Origin: Mobula hypostoma | Lineage: Eukaryota | Direction: 5' to 3' | Assembly (NCBI RefSeq): GCF_963921235.1 | Contig: NC_086097.1 | Location: 98,582,001-98,646,000, forward strand | DNA: 64,000 nt | Part shown: piece by piece, positions 24,590 through 36,429 of the stretch | Layout of the letters: the number at the start of each line of letters is the position of its first letter | Position numbering within the stretch: position 1 is the first letter of the stretch | Notes under the pieces: generated by a model | Seen by the model: only the letters and a program-made list of their open reading frames with translations | The model's database searches: none | Told to the model about the DNA's origin: nothing | Program-made: the position numbers and the translations under genes

Positions 24590-24860
24590 GATATAGCACG
24601 GAGTAGACCCCTCCACTCCGGCTCTTGAAGCCAGGACACTCCAGCAACCCCTCACCTAATCACAGGACAATTCACAATGACCAATTAACCTACTGAGCAG
24701 GTCTTTGGACTGTGGGAGAAAACCAGAGCGGCTGGGGGAAAGCCACGCATTCCATGGGGAAGACATACAGCGACTCGCACCAGAATTGAACTCTGAACTC
24801 CAGAATGCTCCAAGCTGTAATAGCATCATGCTGACCGCTACATGACCATGGCACCCCCAA
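24590..24860 (-). mobile_element. V-SINE-like element
   Basis: gacaattcacaatgaccaattaacctact..gtctttggactgtgggagaaaaccagagcggctgggggaaagccacgca core. Confidence 0.75.
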
Positions 24861-25039
24861 CATGTGACAATAATAAACCAATTCCAATTCCAATGTTCTA
24901 TTATTCCCTTACAGGCCTAGAGTTCCAGAAATCAACAAATATCCTCACTACAAATATTTCAAAGAACCATGAATATCCATTTCTAGGATGGAAAATCCCT
25001 GCTGTGAGTAGAATTTCTGTCCTGGGTCCTTGAGCTACA

Positions 25040-26085
25040 ACATCTACAAGTGGGAGAACATTGCTCGATACTTCCTAAGCCCATATCATTGGCCTCTCAT
25101 ACCTCCCCTCGCCCTTATTTACTCCTAGGTTAAAATCCAGCTTCTCCACCAGCTGAAATCCATCTTCCCAGGATCCATTGTAGTAAACCTCTTCTGCACT
25201 CTGTGGTTCTGTCTATAAGGCATTTGGACAAATACATGAATATGAAAGGTTTAGAAAGAGGCACAAGAGACTGCAGATGGTGGGATCTGGAGCAACAAAC
25301 AGTCTACATGACAAATTCAGGAAGTTGAACAGCATCTATAGGAGAAAAGGAATTGTCAATGTTTCAGGTTGAAACCCTGCTCCAGGACAGAGGGGCAAAT
25401 GGAACCATCTTGGATGGGCATTTTGATCAGCAAGGACATGTTGGTCTAGAGGGCCTGTTTCCATGCTGTATTATTCTATGACTATAAAAACTTCATCTCT
25501 AAAGTTGCTACCAGAACTCCTAATCACCAGCTTCAACCTCTCTGTGTACTCTCATATGCATTGCTAAGCACTTTATCAATAAGTTCTGTCATTTTAAAAT
25601 ATCTCTACAGATGCATATTCTTCCTTGTCAGATTGTCATTATTCAGTAACATTTTACTTCATGTGGCTCTGTATTAAATTTCACCTGCCACTTGTCTGCC
25701 CTCTCTTCCAGCCTATTGATGTCCTCCTGCAATCTATTCTCATCTTCCTCACTCTTCATTGTCCCACCAGGTTTGATGAAGTTCAGAAATTTGACCCTGC
25801 ACATATATATCTGAAAAATCAAAGGCTTGTGGTCACAGCTCTGAAATTCTGGGTATTACGACTGTCAAACATCCTGTAGTCTGAAAATTTATTGTTCTTG
25901 AGTTAATTGTTTTATTCACATTGTACTAACCCTTTATTCCAAGAGTCCAAACCAACTTGTGATGTGGAACTTTGTCAAATGCCTTCTGAAAACAGCAATA
26001 GATAGTATCCACCATATTCTATCAACCTTCTCCGCTACATTTTCAAAAACCCAATCAAGTTAGTCAAGCATAACTTACTTTTAAC
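25040..26085. mobile_element. Cluster of old CR1 fragments on both strands with a Penelope-like insert (about 25260-25390)
   Basis: gggcctgtttccatgctgta tail at 25451-25470; KLCLTNLIGF RT remnant on the minus strand; ctgcagatggtgggatctggagcaac Penelope-like end. Confidence 0.55.
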
Positions 26086-27473
26086 AGCTAGTGTGAAGGT
26101 TAATTTTTGTGTTGAATCTAATGAGAATGCCATTTTGAACTCCCACTTGCTGTATAGGCCTTTTGAATAATGTAAAGCACTTATTCCTGTCCAAATGTAG
26201 TAAAGGACAAGGCTTCCAGAAAACATGCTATCAAAAGTTTTCCCCTTCTTTCAATGCTCTCTGTACTCCATCACCTCGTCATGCTTTGTTGATTTGTCTC
26301 CAGATCTTACCTCCTGGTTGCTTCCTAATAGAACAGTGATTTGAAAGGAGGATGCATGTAGCCTTCATTTCCTTAATTTTAGATCATGGAGTCAATTGGT
26401 TCAGTTCCTGCTCTACACTGCGCCAATGAAATTGTTAATTACTGCACTCTTTCTTTTCATCAATCACTGCTGCTCACCAGCCAGCACTGAGGAATGTTCA
26501 GCTCCATGTTGTGTTCTACATAAGCTGTGATTTTTGAAGGATATTGTTTTACCAGACTCTACCCCTCATGGCCATTCCATTCTTTAATTTGTGGGTTCCT
26601 ACTAATCTACTAGAGCCATCCTCATCATCTGACATTTTCACACATCCCTCTCTGCCATATATTCTCCTTACCTGCCTTTATCTTCTGTTTTGATTCACAG
26701 AGCTGTTGGTTCTTGGCTTGCAGTCCCAGCATGGAATTTCCTACAGTCTCACAATTTGTTGCGTTGTTCTACACTCACTGTTCATCCTCCCTTTTAGCAG
26801 CTCCTCACATTTTATTCAGCTCCCTTCAGATGTGACGTTAATGTTTTCTCATAATGCTGTGAATTTTTTCCCCTCTCAATAAATGTTTGTTCAGTTCCTG
26901 GATCCTTTGAATCTAATCACCTCACTGATCTGGCTTCTATTGTTTCTCCTGGGTTTGGCCCCATTGATGGATTTTGTTTCCCAGAGGAGCAGGACTGAGG
27001 GAACTAACAGGGAGACAGAGAAAGTTCCCATTGTGAGTTTTGCATTCAACATACAGGAAGTTCTGCATCATTCTGATAAACTTAGGGTTGCTATCATGGC
27101 AATACTTGTCACAGTTTGACCCCTTTTCAAGAGTATTTATTATTTTGTAGGTCACAATTTTTATTTTACAATTATTTACGATTCTCAATGGCCTCCTGCC
27201 CTCCTGGGGCAGTGGTCAGCCCCCAGACACTGACTCCGTTCATTGAGGCAGCATTAATGCCAGTGTCTCGACTGTCCCAAGCCCCACACAACTTCTTCCC
27301 AAGTCCCTGACACAGCCCCTTCTACTAAGCTGTGCGTGCTCCCAAGCTGTAGTTGTTCCTGTACAGATGGAGGCTGGACACGCCAAGGTTCTGAGTGATG
27401 GTGAGGGTCAGGATAGGAAAGAACTCATTCCCGGTCACAGAGTTGGCAGAGGGATCCATGGAACTGAAAGAAA

Positions 27474-28176
27474 AACACACACTGATACAGATACGTCCCC
27501 ATACACAGACTGATACAGATACATCCCCACTCACACACTGATACAGATACATCCCCACTCACACACACTGATACAGATACGACCCACTCACACACACTGA
27601 TAGATACATCCCCACTGACACACTGATACAGATACATCCCCACTCACACACACTGATACAGATACATCCCCACTCACACACTGATACAGATACATCCCCA
27701 CTCACACACACTGATACAGATACATCCCCATACACAGACTGATACAGATACAACCCACTCACACACACTGATACAGATACGTCCCCATACACACACACTG
27801 ATACAGATACGACCCACTCACACACTGATACAGATACGTCCCCATACACACACTGATACAGATACGACCCACTCACACACACTGATACAGATACGTCCCC
27901 ATACACACACTGATACAGATACATCCCCACTCACACACTGATACAGATACGTCCCCACTCACACACTGATACAGATACGACCCACTCACACACACTGATA
28001 CAGATACGTCCCCATAAACACACTGATACAGATACGTCCCCACTCACACACACATACACACACCTGATACAGATACGAACCACTCACACACACACTGATA
28101 CAGATACGACCCACTCACACACACTGATACAGATACGACCCACTCACACACACACTGATACAGATACGTCCCCACT

Positions 28177-28207
<31 letters not shown>

Positions 28208-28434
28208 ATACAGATACGTCCCCACTCACACACTGATACAGATACGTCCCCACTCACACTGATACAGATACGTCCCCACTCACACACACACTGATACAGA
28301 TACAACCCACTCTCACACACTGATACAGATACGTCCCCACTCTCACACACACTGATACAGATACGACCCACTCACACACACACTGATACAGATACGTCCC
28401 CACACACACACACACACACACTGATACAGATACG

Positions 28435-28496
<62 letters not shown>

Positions 28497-29085
28497 ATAC
28501 AGGTACATCCCCCTCACACACTGATACAGATACGTCCCCACTCACACACACACTGATACAGATACGTCCCCACTCACACACACTGATACAGATACATCCC
28601 CACACACACACACACTGATACAGATACGTCCCCACTCACACACACACTGATACAGGTACATCCCCACTCACACACACACTGATACAGATACGACCCACTC
28701 ACACACACACTGATACAGATACGTCCCCACTCACACACAGACACACACACTGATACAGATACGTCCCCACTCACACACACTGATACAGATACGTCCCCAC
28801 TCACGCACACACTGATACAGATACGACCCACTCACACACACTGATACAGATACGACCCACTCACACACACACTGATACAGATACGTCCCCACTCACACAC
28901 ACACACACACACACACACTCTGATACAGATACGTCCCCACTCACACTGATACAGATATGTCCCCACTCTCACACACACTGATACAGATACAACCCACTCT
29001 CACACACTGATACAGATACGTCCCCACTCTCACACACACTGATACAGATACGACCCACTCACACACACACTGATACAGATACGTG

Positions 29086-29134
<49 letters not shown>

Positions 29135-29282
29135 ATACAGATACGTCCCACACACACACACACACGCACACACACACACTGATACAGGTACATCCCCCTC
29201 ACACACTGATACAGATACGTCCCACTCACACACACACTGATACAGATACGTCCCCACTCACACACACTGATACAGATACATC

Positions 29283-29323
<41 letters not shown>

Positions 29324-29461
29324 ATACAGATACGTCCCCACTCACACACACACTGATACAGGTACATCCCCACTCACACACACACTGATACAGATACGAC
29401 CCACTCACACACGCACTGATACAGATACGTCCCCACTCACACACACTGATACAGATACGTC

Positions 29462-29506
<45 letters not shown>

Positions 29507-32500
29507 ATACAGATACGTCCCCACTCTCACACACACTGATACAGATACGACCCACTCTCACACACTGATACAGATACGTCCCCACTCTCACACACACTGA
29601 TACAGATACGACCCACTCTCACACACTGATACAGATACGACCCACTCACACACACACTGATACAGATACGTCCCCACACACACACACTGATACAGATACG
29701 TCCCCACTCACACACACACTGATACAGATGTGACCCACTCACACACACACTGATACAGATATGTCCCCACTCGCACACACTGATACAGATACGTCCCCAC
29801 TCTCACACACTGATACAGATACGACCCACTCACACACACACTGATACAGATACATCCACACACACACTGATACAGATACATCCCCACTCACACACACTGA
29901 TACAGATACGTCCCCACTCACACACACACACTGATACAGATACGTCCCACTCACACACACTGATACAGATACGTCCCCACACTCACACACTGATACAGAT
30001 ACGACCCACTCACACACTGATACAGATACGTCCCCACACACACACACTGATACAGATACATTCCTACTGTCACACACTGATACAGATATGACCCACTCAC
30101 ACACACTGATACAGATACATCCCCACTTACACACACACTGATACAGATACGTCCCCACTCACACACACACTGATACAGATACGACCCAGTCACAATCACT
30201 GATACAGATACATCCCCACTCACAATCACTGATACAGATACGTCCCCACTCACACACACTGATACAGATACGTCCCCACAATCACACACACTGATACAGA
30301 TACGTCCCCACTCACACACTGATATAGATACGTCGCCACTCTAACACACACTGATACAGATACGTCCCACTCACACACACACTGATACAGATACGTCCCA
30401 CACACACACACTGATACAGATACGTCCCCACTCACACACACACTGATACAGATACGTCCCACACACACACACACACACACACACTGATACAGATATGTCC
30501 CCCCCCACACACACACACACACTGATACAGATACGTCCCACACACACACACACACTGATACAGGTACATCCCCACTCACACACTGATACAGATACGTCCC
30601 ACTCACACACACACTGATACAGATACGACCCCACTCTCACACACACTGATACAGATACGTCCCACTCACACACACACTGATACAGATACGTCCCACTCAC
30701 ACACACACTGATACAGATACGTTCCCACACACACACACATACACACACTAATACAGATACGTCCCCACTCACACACACTGATACAGATACTTCCCCACTC
30801 ACACACAGACACACACACTGATACAGATACGTCCCACACACACACACACTGATACAGATATGTCCCCACTCACACACTGATACAGATACGTCCCCACTCT
30901 CACACACACTGATACAGATACGACCCACTCTCACACACTGATACAGATACGACCCACTCACACACACTGATACAGATACGTCCCACTCACACACACACTG
31001 ATACAGATACGTCCCCACTCACACACACACTGATACAGATACGTCCCACACACACACACACACACACTGATACAGATATGTCCCCCCACACACACACACA
31101 CACACTGATACAGATACGTCCCACACACACACACACACTGATACAGGTACATCCCCACTCACACACTGATACAGATACGTCCCACTCACACACACACTGA
31201 TACAGATACGACCCCACTCTCACACACACTGATACAGATACGTCCCCACTCACACACACTGATACAGATACGTCCCCACTCACACACAGACACACACACT
31301 GATACAGATACGTCCCACACACACACACACTGATACAGATACGTCGCCACTCACACACTGATACAGATACGTTCCCACTCTCACACACACTGATACAGAT
31401 ATGACCCACTCTCACACACTGATACAGATACGACCCACTCACACACACTGATACAGATACGTCCCACTCACACACACACTGATACAGATACGACCCACTC
31501 ACACACACACTGATACAGATACGTCCCCACTCACACACACACTGATACAGATATGACCCACTCACACACACTGATACAGATACATCCCCACTCACACACA
31601 CACTGATACAGATACGACCCAGTCACAATCACTGATACAGATACGTCCCCACTCACACACACTGATACAGATACGTCCCCACACACACACACACACTGAT
31701 ACAGATACGTCCCCACTCACACACTGATACAGATACGTCCCCACTCTCACACACACTGATACAGATACGACCCACTCTCACACACTGATACAGATACGAC
31801 CCACTCACACACACTGATACAGATACGTCCCACTCACACACACACTGATACAGATACGTCCCCACTCACACACACACTGATACAGATACGTCCCACACAC
31901 ACACACACACACTGATACAGATATGTCTCCCCACACACACACACACACTGATACAGATACGTCCCACACACACACACACACTGATACAGGTACATCCCCA
32001 CTCACACACTGATACAGATACGTCCCACTCACACACACACTGATACAGATACGACCCCACTCTCACACACACTGATACAGATACGTCCCACTCACACACA
32101 CACTGATACAGATACGTCCCACTCACACACACACTGATACAGATACGTTCCCACGCACACACACATACACACACTAATACAGATACGTCCCCACTCACAC
32201 ACACTGATACAGATACGTCCCCACTCACACACAGACACACACACTGATACAGATACGTCCCACACACACACACACTGATACAGATACGTCCCCACTCACA
32301 CACTGATACAGATACGTCCCCACTCTCACACACACTGATACAGATACGACCCACTCTCACACACTGATACAGATACGACCCACTCACACACACTGATACA
32401 GATACGTCCCACTCACACACACACTGATACAGATACGACCCACTCACACACACACACTGATAGAGATACGTCCCCACTCACACACACACTGATACAGATA

Positions 32501-33262
32501 TGACCCACTCACACACACTGATACAGATACATCCCCACTCACACACACACTGATACAGATACGACCCAGTCACAATCACTGATACAGATACGTCCCCACT
32601 CACACACACTGATACAGATACGTCCCCACACACACACACACAGTGATACAGATACGTCCCCCCACACTCACACACACACTGATACAGATACGTCCCCACA
32701 CACACACTGATACAGATACGTCCCCACTCACACACTGATACAGATACGTCCCACACACACACACTGATACAGATACGTCCCCCCACACTCACACACACAC
32801 TGATACAGATACGTCCCCCCACACTCACACACACACTGATACGGATACGTCCCCCCACACTCACACACACACTGATACAGATACGTCCCCCCACACTCAC
32901 ACACACACTGATACGGATACGTCCCCACTCTCACACACTGATACGGATACATCCCCCCACTCACACACACTGATACAGATACGTCCCACACACACACACT
33001 GATACAGATACGTCCCCCCACACTCACACACACACTGATACGGATACGTCCCCACTCTCACACACTGATACGGATACATCCCCCCACTCACACACACTGA
33101 TACAGATACGTCCCACACACACACACTGATACAGATACGTCCCACACACACACACTGATACAGATACGACCCCACTCTCACACACACTGATACAGATACG
33201 TCCCACTCACACACACACTGATACAGATACATCCCCACACACACACTGATACGGATACATCC
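27474..33262. repeat. 5.8-kb compound minisatellite: core CTGATACAGATACGTCCCCACT plus variable (CA)n, unit mostly about 26-34 bp
   Basis: Directly visible tandem array with occasional long (CA)n expansions, e.g. 28436-28492. Confidence 0.98.
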
Positions 33263-33774
33263 TCGCCCTCCCTCTGACAAGTAAAAGAGTGTGGCATTAG
33301 CTTTGAGTTTTCAAAGAACAACAGCATTAAAGTGTTATTCCACGGTTTGCTCCATGATTCCTTCAGCAGTGCCAGGATCAGGACACCCAGAAGAAAGATC
33401 TGCTGCACTCTCCAACCCTGCACCTCAGCTATAATTGAAGGAAACATCTGGTTGGTGACCACCCACCTTATTCTGACTCCTGGATTGGAACGGGAAGAGA
33501 AATCGTTGTAATATTGATTTATGCTGGAAGGTGAATGTTTTATTTGGATGTGTTCTGTGACTTATTGCTGATTTGATCCCAAGCAAGGTCCTTTGGATCA
33601 GTATCACCTTCTCAGAAATAAAGTAATGCATGCTTGAGATGTGACCTGTGGTAGTCCTGTTTCCACATGCAGCAGCCATCAGTAAACTTCCCCACACCTC
33701 CTTCAGTTAAGGAGCCATGCTTTTAATAGAGACAACCTCACTCTGAGGATGTGCTCCGTTGAACAATAAGGGTC

Positions 33775-34090
33775 TGCGTTACGATCTCCAGCTCCTTATT
33801 TTTCCCCGGGGTTTACTATCCCGAAGCTCTTCCCATGAGTCATATCGCTGCAAGGCAACGAAGATCTGAGATCGGTGTTCCTTCTGTTCGATGAGCTGCC
33901 GACTATGGCTGACGAGCCCCATCTGCCCAAAGCGACTGGTTTTAAGCTGCCAGTAGCCTGCCTTTGCCCTTTCTCCTGGTCGGCAGAAACGGTTTCCATT
34001 GGACTGTGTAGCTAAGCCACACATGAAGGCCAGCAGCTGGACTTGGTTGTCAGAGGCTATTTGAGGTGGCCGCCATTGGGAGCTTATTCC
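33775..34090 (-). mobile_element. Probable retroelement 5' UTR fragment (RTE-like)
   Basis: CpG-retaining, GC-richer block that resembles, from memory, an RTE-type 5' region in fish genomes. No coding evidence. Confidence 0.35.
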
Positions 34091-34544
34091 CACAAACCTT
34101 ATAAGGAACCAACAATCTGACTAGTCAATTAATGTCAACAGCAAAACCCTCCTCCTGCCACATACAGGCTAAAGCAGGGCAGAGTTACAGTAATTGTGCC
34201 GTTATATCATGGTGGAATGCAACCCCCTAGTTCTGGTGTAACATATTGTAATGGTGACCTGGAATGCTGTAATGTTGATGGGGTGTTATATGTTGACAGA
34301 GTGACTGGGATGTGAAAGAGAGTTTGGGAAGTGATGTGGTTGTAATGGGAAAGGGGTATGGGCACCAAACCCATCACTTAGGAATCTCAGATTCCCATTC
34401 CTTCAGTGGGAGAATCTGGTAGACTGACCTCCTTCCACCCAGCCCACTACTGTAAATGTGGACAGGATCATTCCATTTTTAGACACAAAGCCCGTGTATC
34501 CAAAGACTGGGGTGGGGTGGTGTGTTCAGAAGCACACAATACCT

Positions 34545-34780
34545 TATGTGGGAGATACAGCCTCGCATCATAATCTCTTCTGGTCCTTTGAGCTACCTCA
34601 TCCAGCAATCCCCCAATTTATTCCCAGCTTGAACATAGGACAATTTAGAGTGATCAATCAACATCTTTGGACTGTGGGAAGAAACCCACACAGTCATGGG
34701 AGAGAATACGGAGGGAATTAAACCTAAGTTGTTTGCTCTGTGAAGAGTTGTGCTAAGCACTACACTACTGTACAGCCCTA
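34545..34780 (-). mobile_element. Degenerate V-SINE-like element
   Basis: ggacaatttagagtga..catctttggactgtgggaagaaacccacacagtcatgggagagaa core. Confidence 0.65.
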
Positions 34781-34859
34781 AATGTTGAAGGGGGCACGTG
34801 GATGTATTTTGTAAATATCTGGGGTCCAGGCACTGATCCGTGGTATCTCATAGTTGTGG

Positions 34860-36230
34860 GGTTATACAGAACAGAAATGGCCCTTCAGCCCGTCACAACC
34901 ATACCATCTGCAAATTCCATTTGCCCACTTCAGCATATCCGTCTGAGCCTTGCATGCTTATATAAATGTCATTTAAACACAGTCCCCAACTCCTCTGATA
35001 GTGAGTTCAAAATATCAACCACTCTCAATGTAAAGCAGAACTTACCCTTCAGATCCCCTATAAAACTCTTTGCTTTTGATACAGCGCCAAAGGTTCTGAC
35101 TAACTATCAACCTGTGCCTCTCTAAAACTTACATACTTTATTTCTCCCCGTAGCTTCCTTCACTCCAGAGGAAACAAGCCCAGTCTATCCACTCTCCCTC
35201 CATTACTAAAGTGCTCAAGCATCCCCCCGCCACTCCTTTCCCAAGACTCTCCCCAGCTCGTTATAGTGTTAGGCAACTGGAAACCCCTGCTCCATCACTA
35301 TGAAAATCATATAAAACTGATGAAGGGACAGTGAGAAAATGTCAACAGGATTAGACAAAGTCAGCATGGGTGCCTTCTGGTTTGACAAAACTGCCTTGTA
35401 GCTGGTAGACGGGAGAAATGGTCTGGCTGGAATTAAAGGAAACATTTTATAAGGTCTGTGTAATTAAAACACCAGTGGTTGGTGGGTTGGAGGAGGTGTT
35501 ATATTCCATCATACTGTAATTTAAGAATGTTGACAGGAAAACAGAACATAAATAAATGGTTCTCCTTTCATGTGGTGGGCAGTGACCTGTGAAGTATCAC
35601 AGACACCAGTGCTCAGGGGGTGACGGCACCTGCTCATAGTTTGATATCTGAAACTGCTGGTGTTTTGAGGAGAAGCAAGGCTGACAAATAGATTATCAGA
35701 TGTATGATTGAGGGCATCTACAGTACTTTGGTGGGAAAAACAGAGAGGCAAAAAATTATTTAACTGGCAAAACTTTGGTCTGGGTAACCTTGCTCACCAG
35801 TCACTGAAAGCAAACAGGCAGCTGCAGCAGACAATGAGGGAGGCATGTCGTATGAGGTTTTGAGTAAAGGAGCAAGCTGATATTCAGGGGCTTCACTGCG
35901 ACCACCCCTGGAGTATTTTATGGTCTTCTTATCTAGAAGATTTACTTGCCAATAATGGGAGTGCAGCCACCCGATAGGTTTTTGGCATGGCAAGGAAACA
36001 CTGGGCTCTTTCAAGCCTGTACTCACTGGAATTGAGAGGTTTGAGAGTAGATCTCATTGAAATGTACAAAATCTGGACAGAGCCCAGCTAGAGGGTCAGA
36101 ATCCAGGGTGGGGGTAAGACTGTGGCGGTTTCTACCCAGGAGGATGTCACTGAATACGGGTAAGAATGAGATGGGGGACGTGGAGAGAACAGGAACATGG
36201 TACTGTATTAAGGTAATGTCTGGAAGGAAC
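34860..36230. mobile_element. Very old CR1 fragments (minus strand about 34860-35210, plus strand about 35340-36230)
   Basis: acagaaatggcccttcagccc tail; remnants of SQHG, SEVSQTPVLR and PPLEYF; gagtagatctcattgaaatgtacaaaat. Confidence 0.5.
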
Positions 36231-36234
36231 AAGT

Positions 36235-36429
36235 AGCCCGGTGGTGGCACTGGCAACAGAGCCACCACCTCAGAGACTAACCTCGGGTTGTCTATCTGGA
36301 GTTTGCATGCTCTCCCTGGAAATGTGTGGGCCTTTGCATGTCTCAGTAAGGTGAGTTGGTCACTGTAAACTGGCCCTAGTGTGTGTAAATGAGTGGTAAA
36401 ATGTGTGTGGAGTTAATGAGAATAAAAAA
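36235..36429 (+). mobile_element. 5' and central part of a V-SINE-like element that runs directly into the satellite
   Basis: Degenerate tRNA-like head, ggagtttgcatgctctccct..gtgtggg and ttggtcactgtaaactggccctagtgtgt; reverse complement of the cores at 24660-24770 and 34640-34710. Confidence 0.75.

Noticed and set aside
27454..27466. 13-nt identity (CAGTTCCATGGAT, minus strand) with the start of the CHAC1-like segment at 63984-63996
   Set aside because: Similarity does not extend on either side and the downstream peptide is not ChaC-like; treated as chance.
27425..33280. Dozens of Cys/Val/Ser-rich minus-strand ORFs (and a His/Thr-rich plus-strand ORF) resembling metallothionein or keratin-associated proteins
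   Set aside because: They are translations of the CA/TG minisatellite. Frames shift freely with (CA)n length, so there is no coding constraint.
33178..33462. Minus-strand ORF with a hydrophobic signal-peptide-like stretch (IFLLGVLILALL)
   Set aside because: No recognisable homology and no convincing splice donor; the frame runs into the minisatellite.
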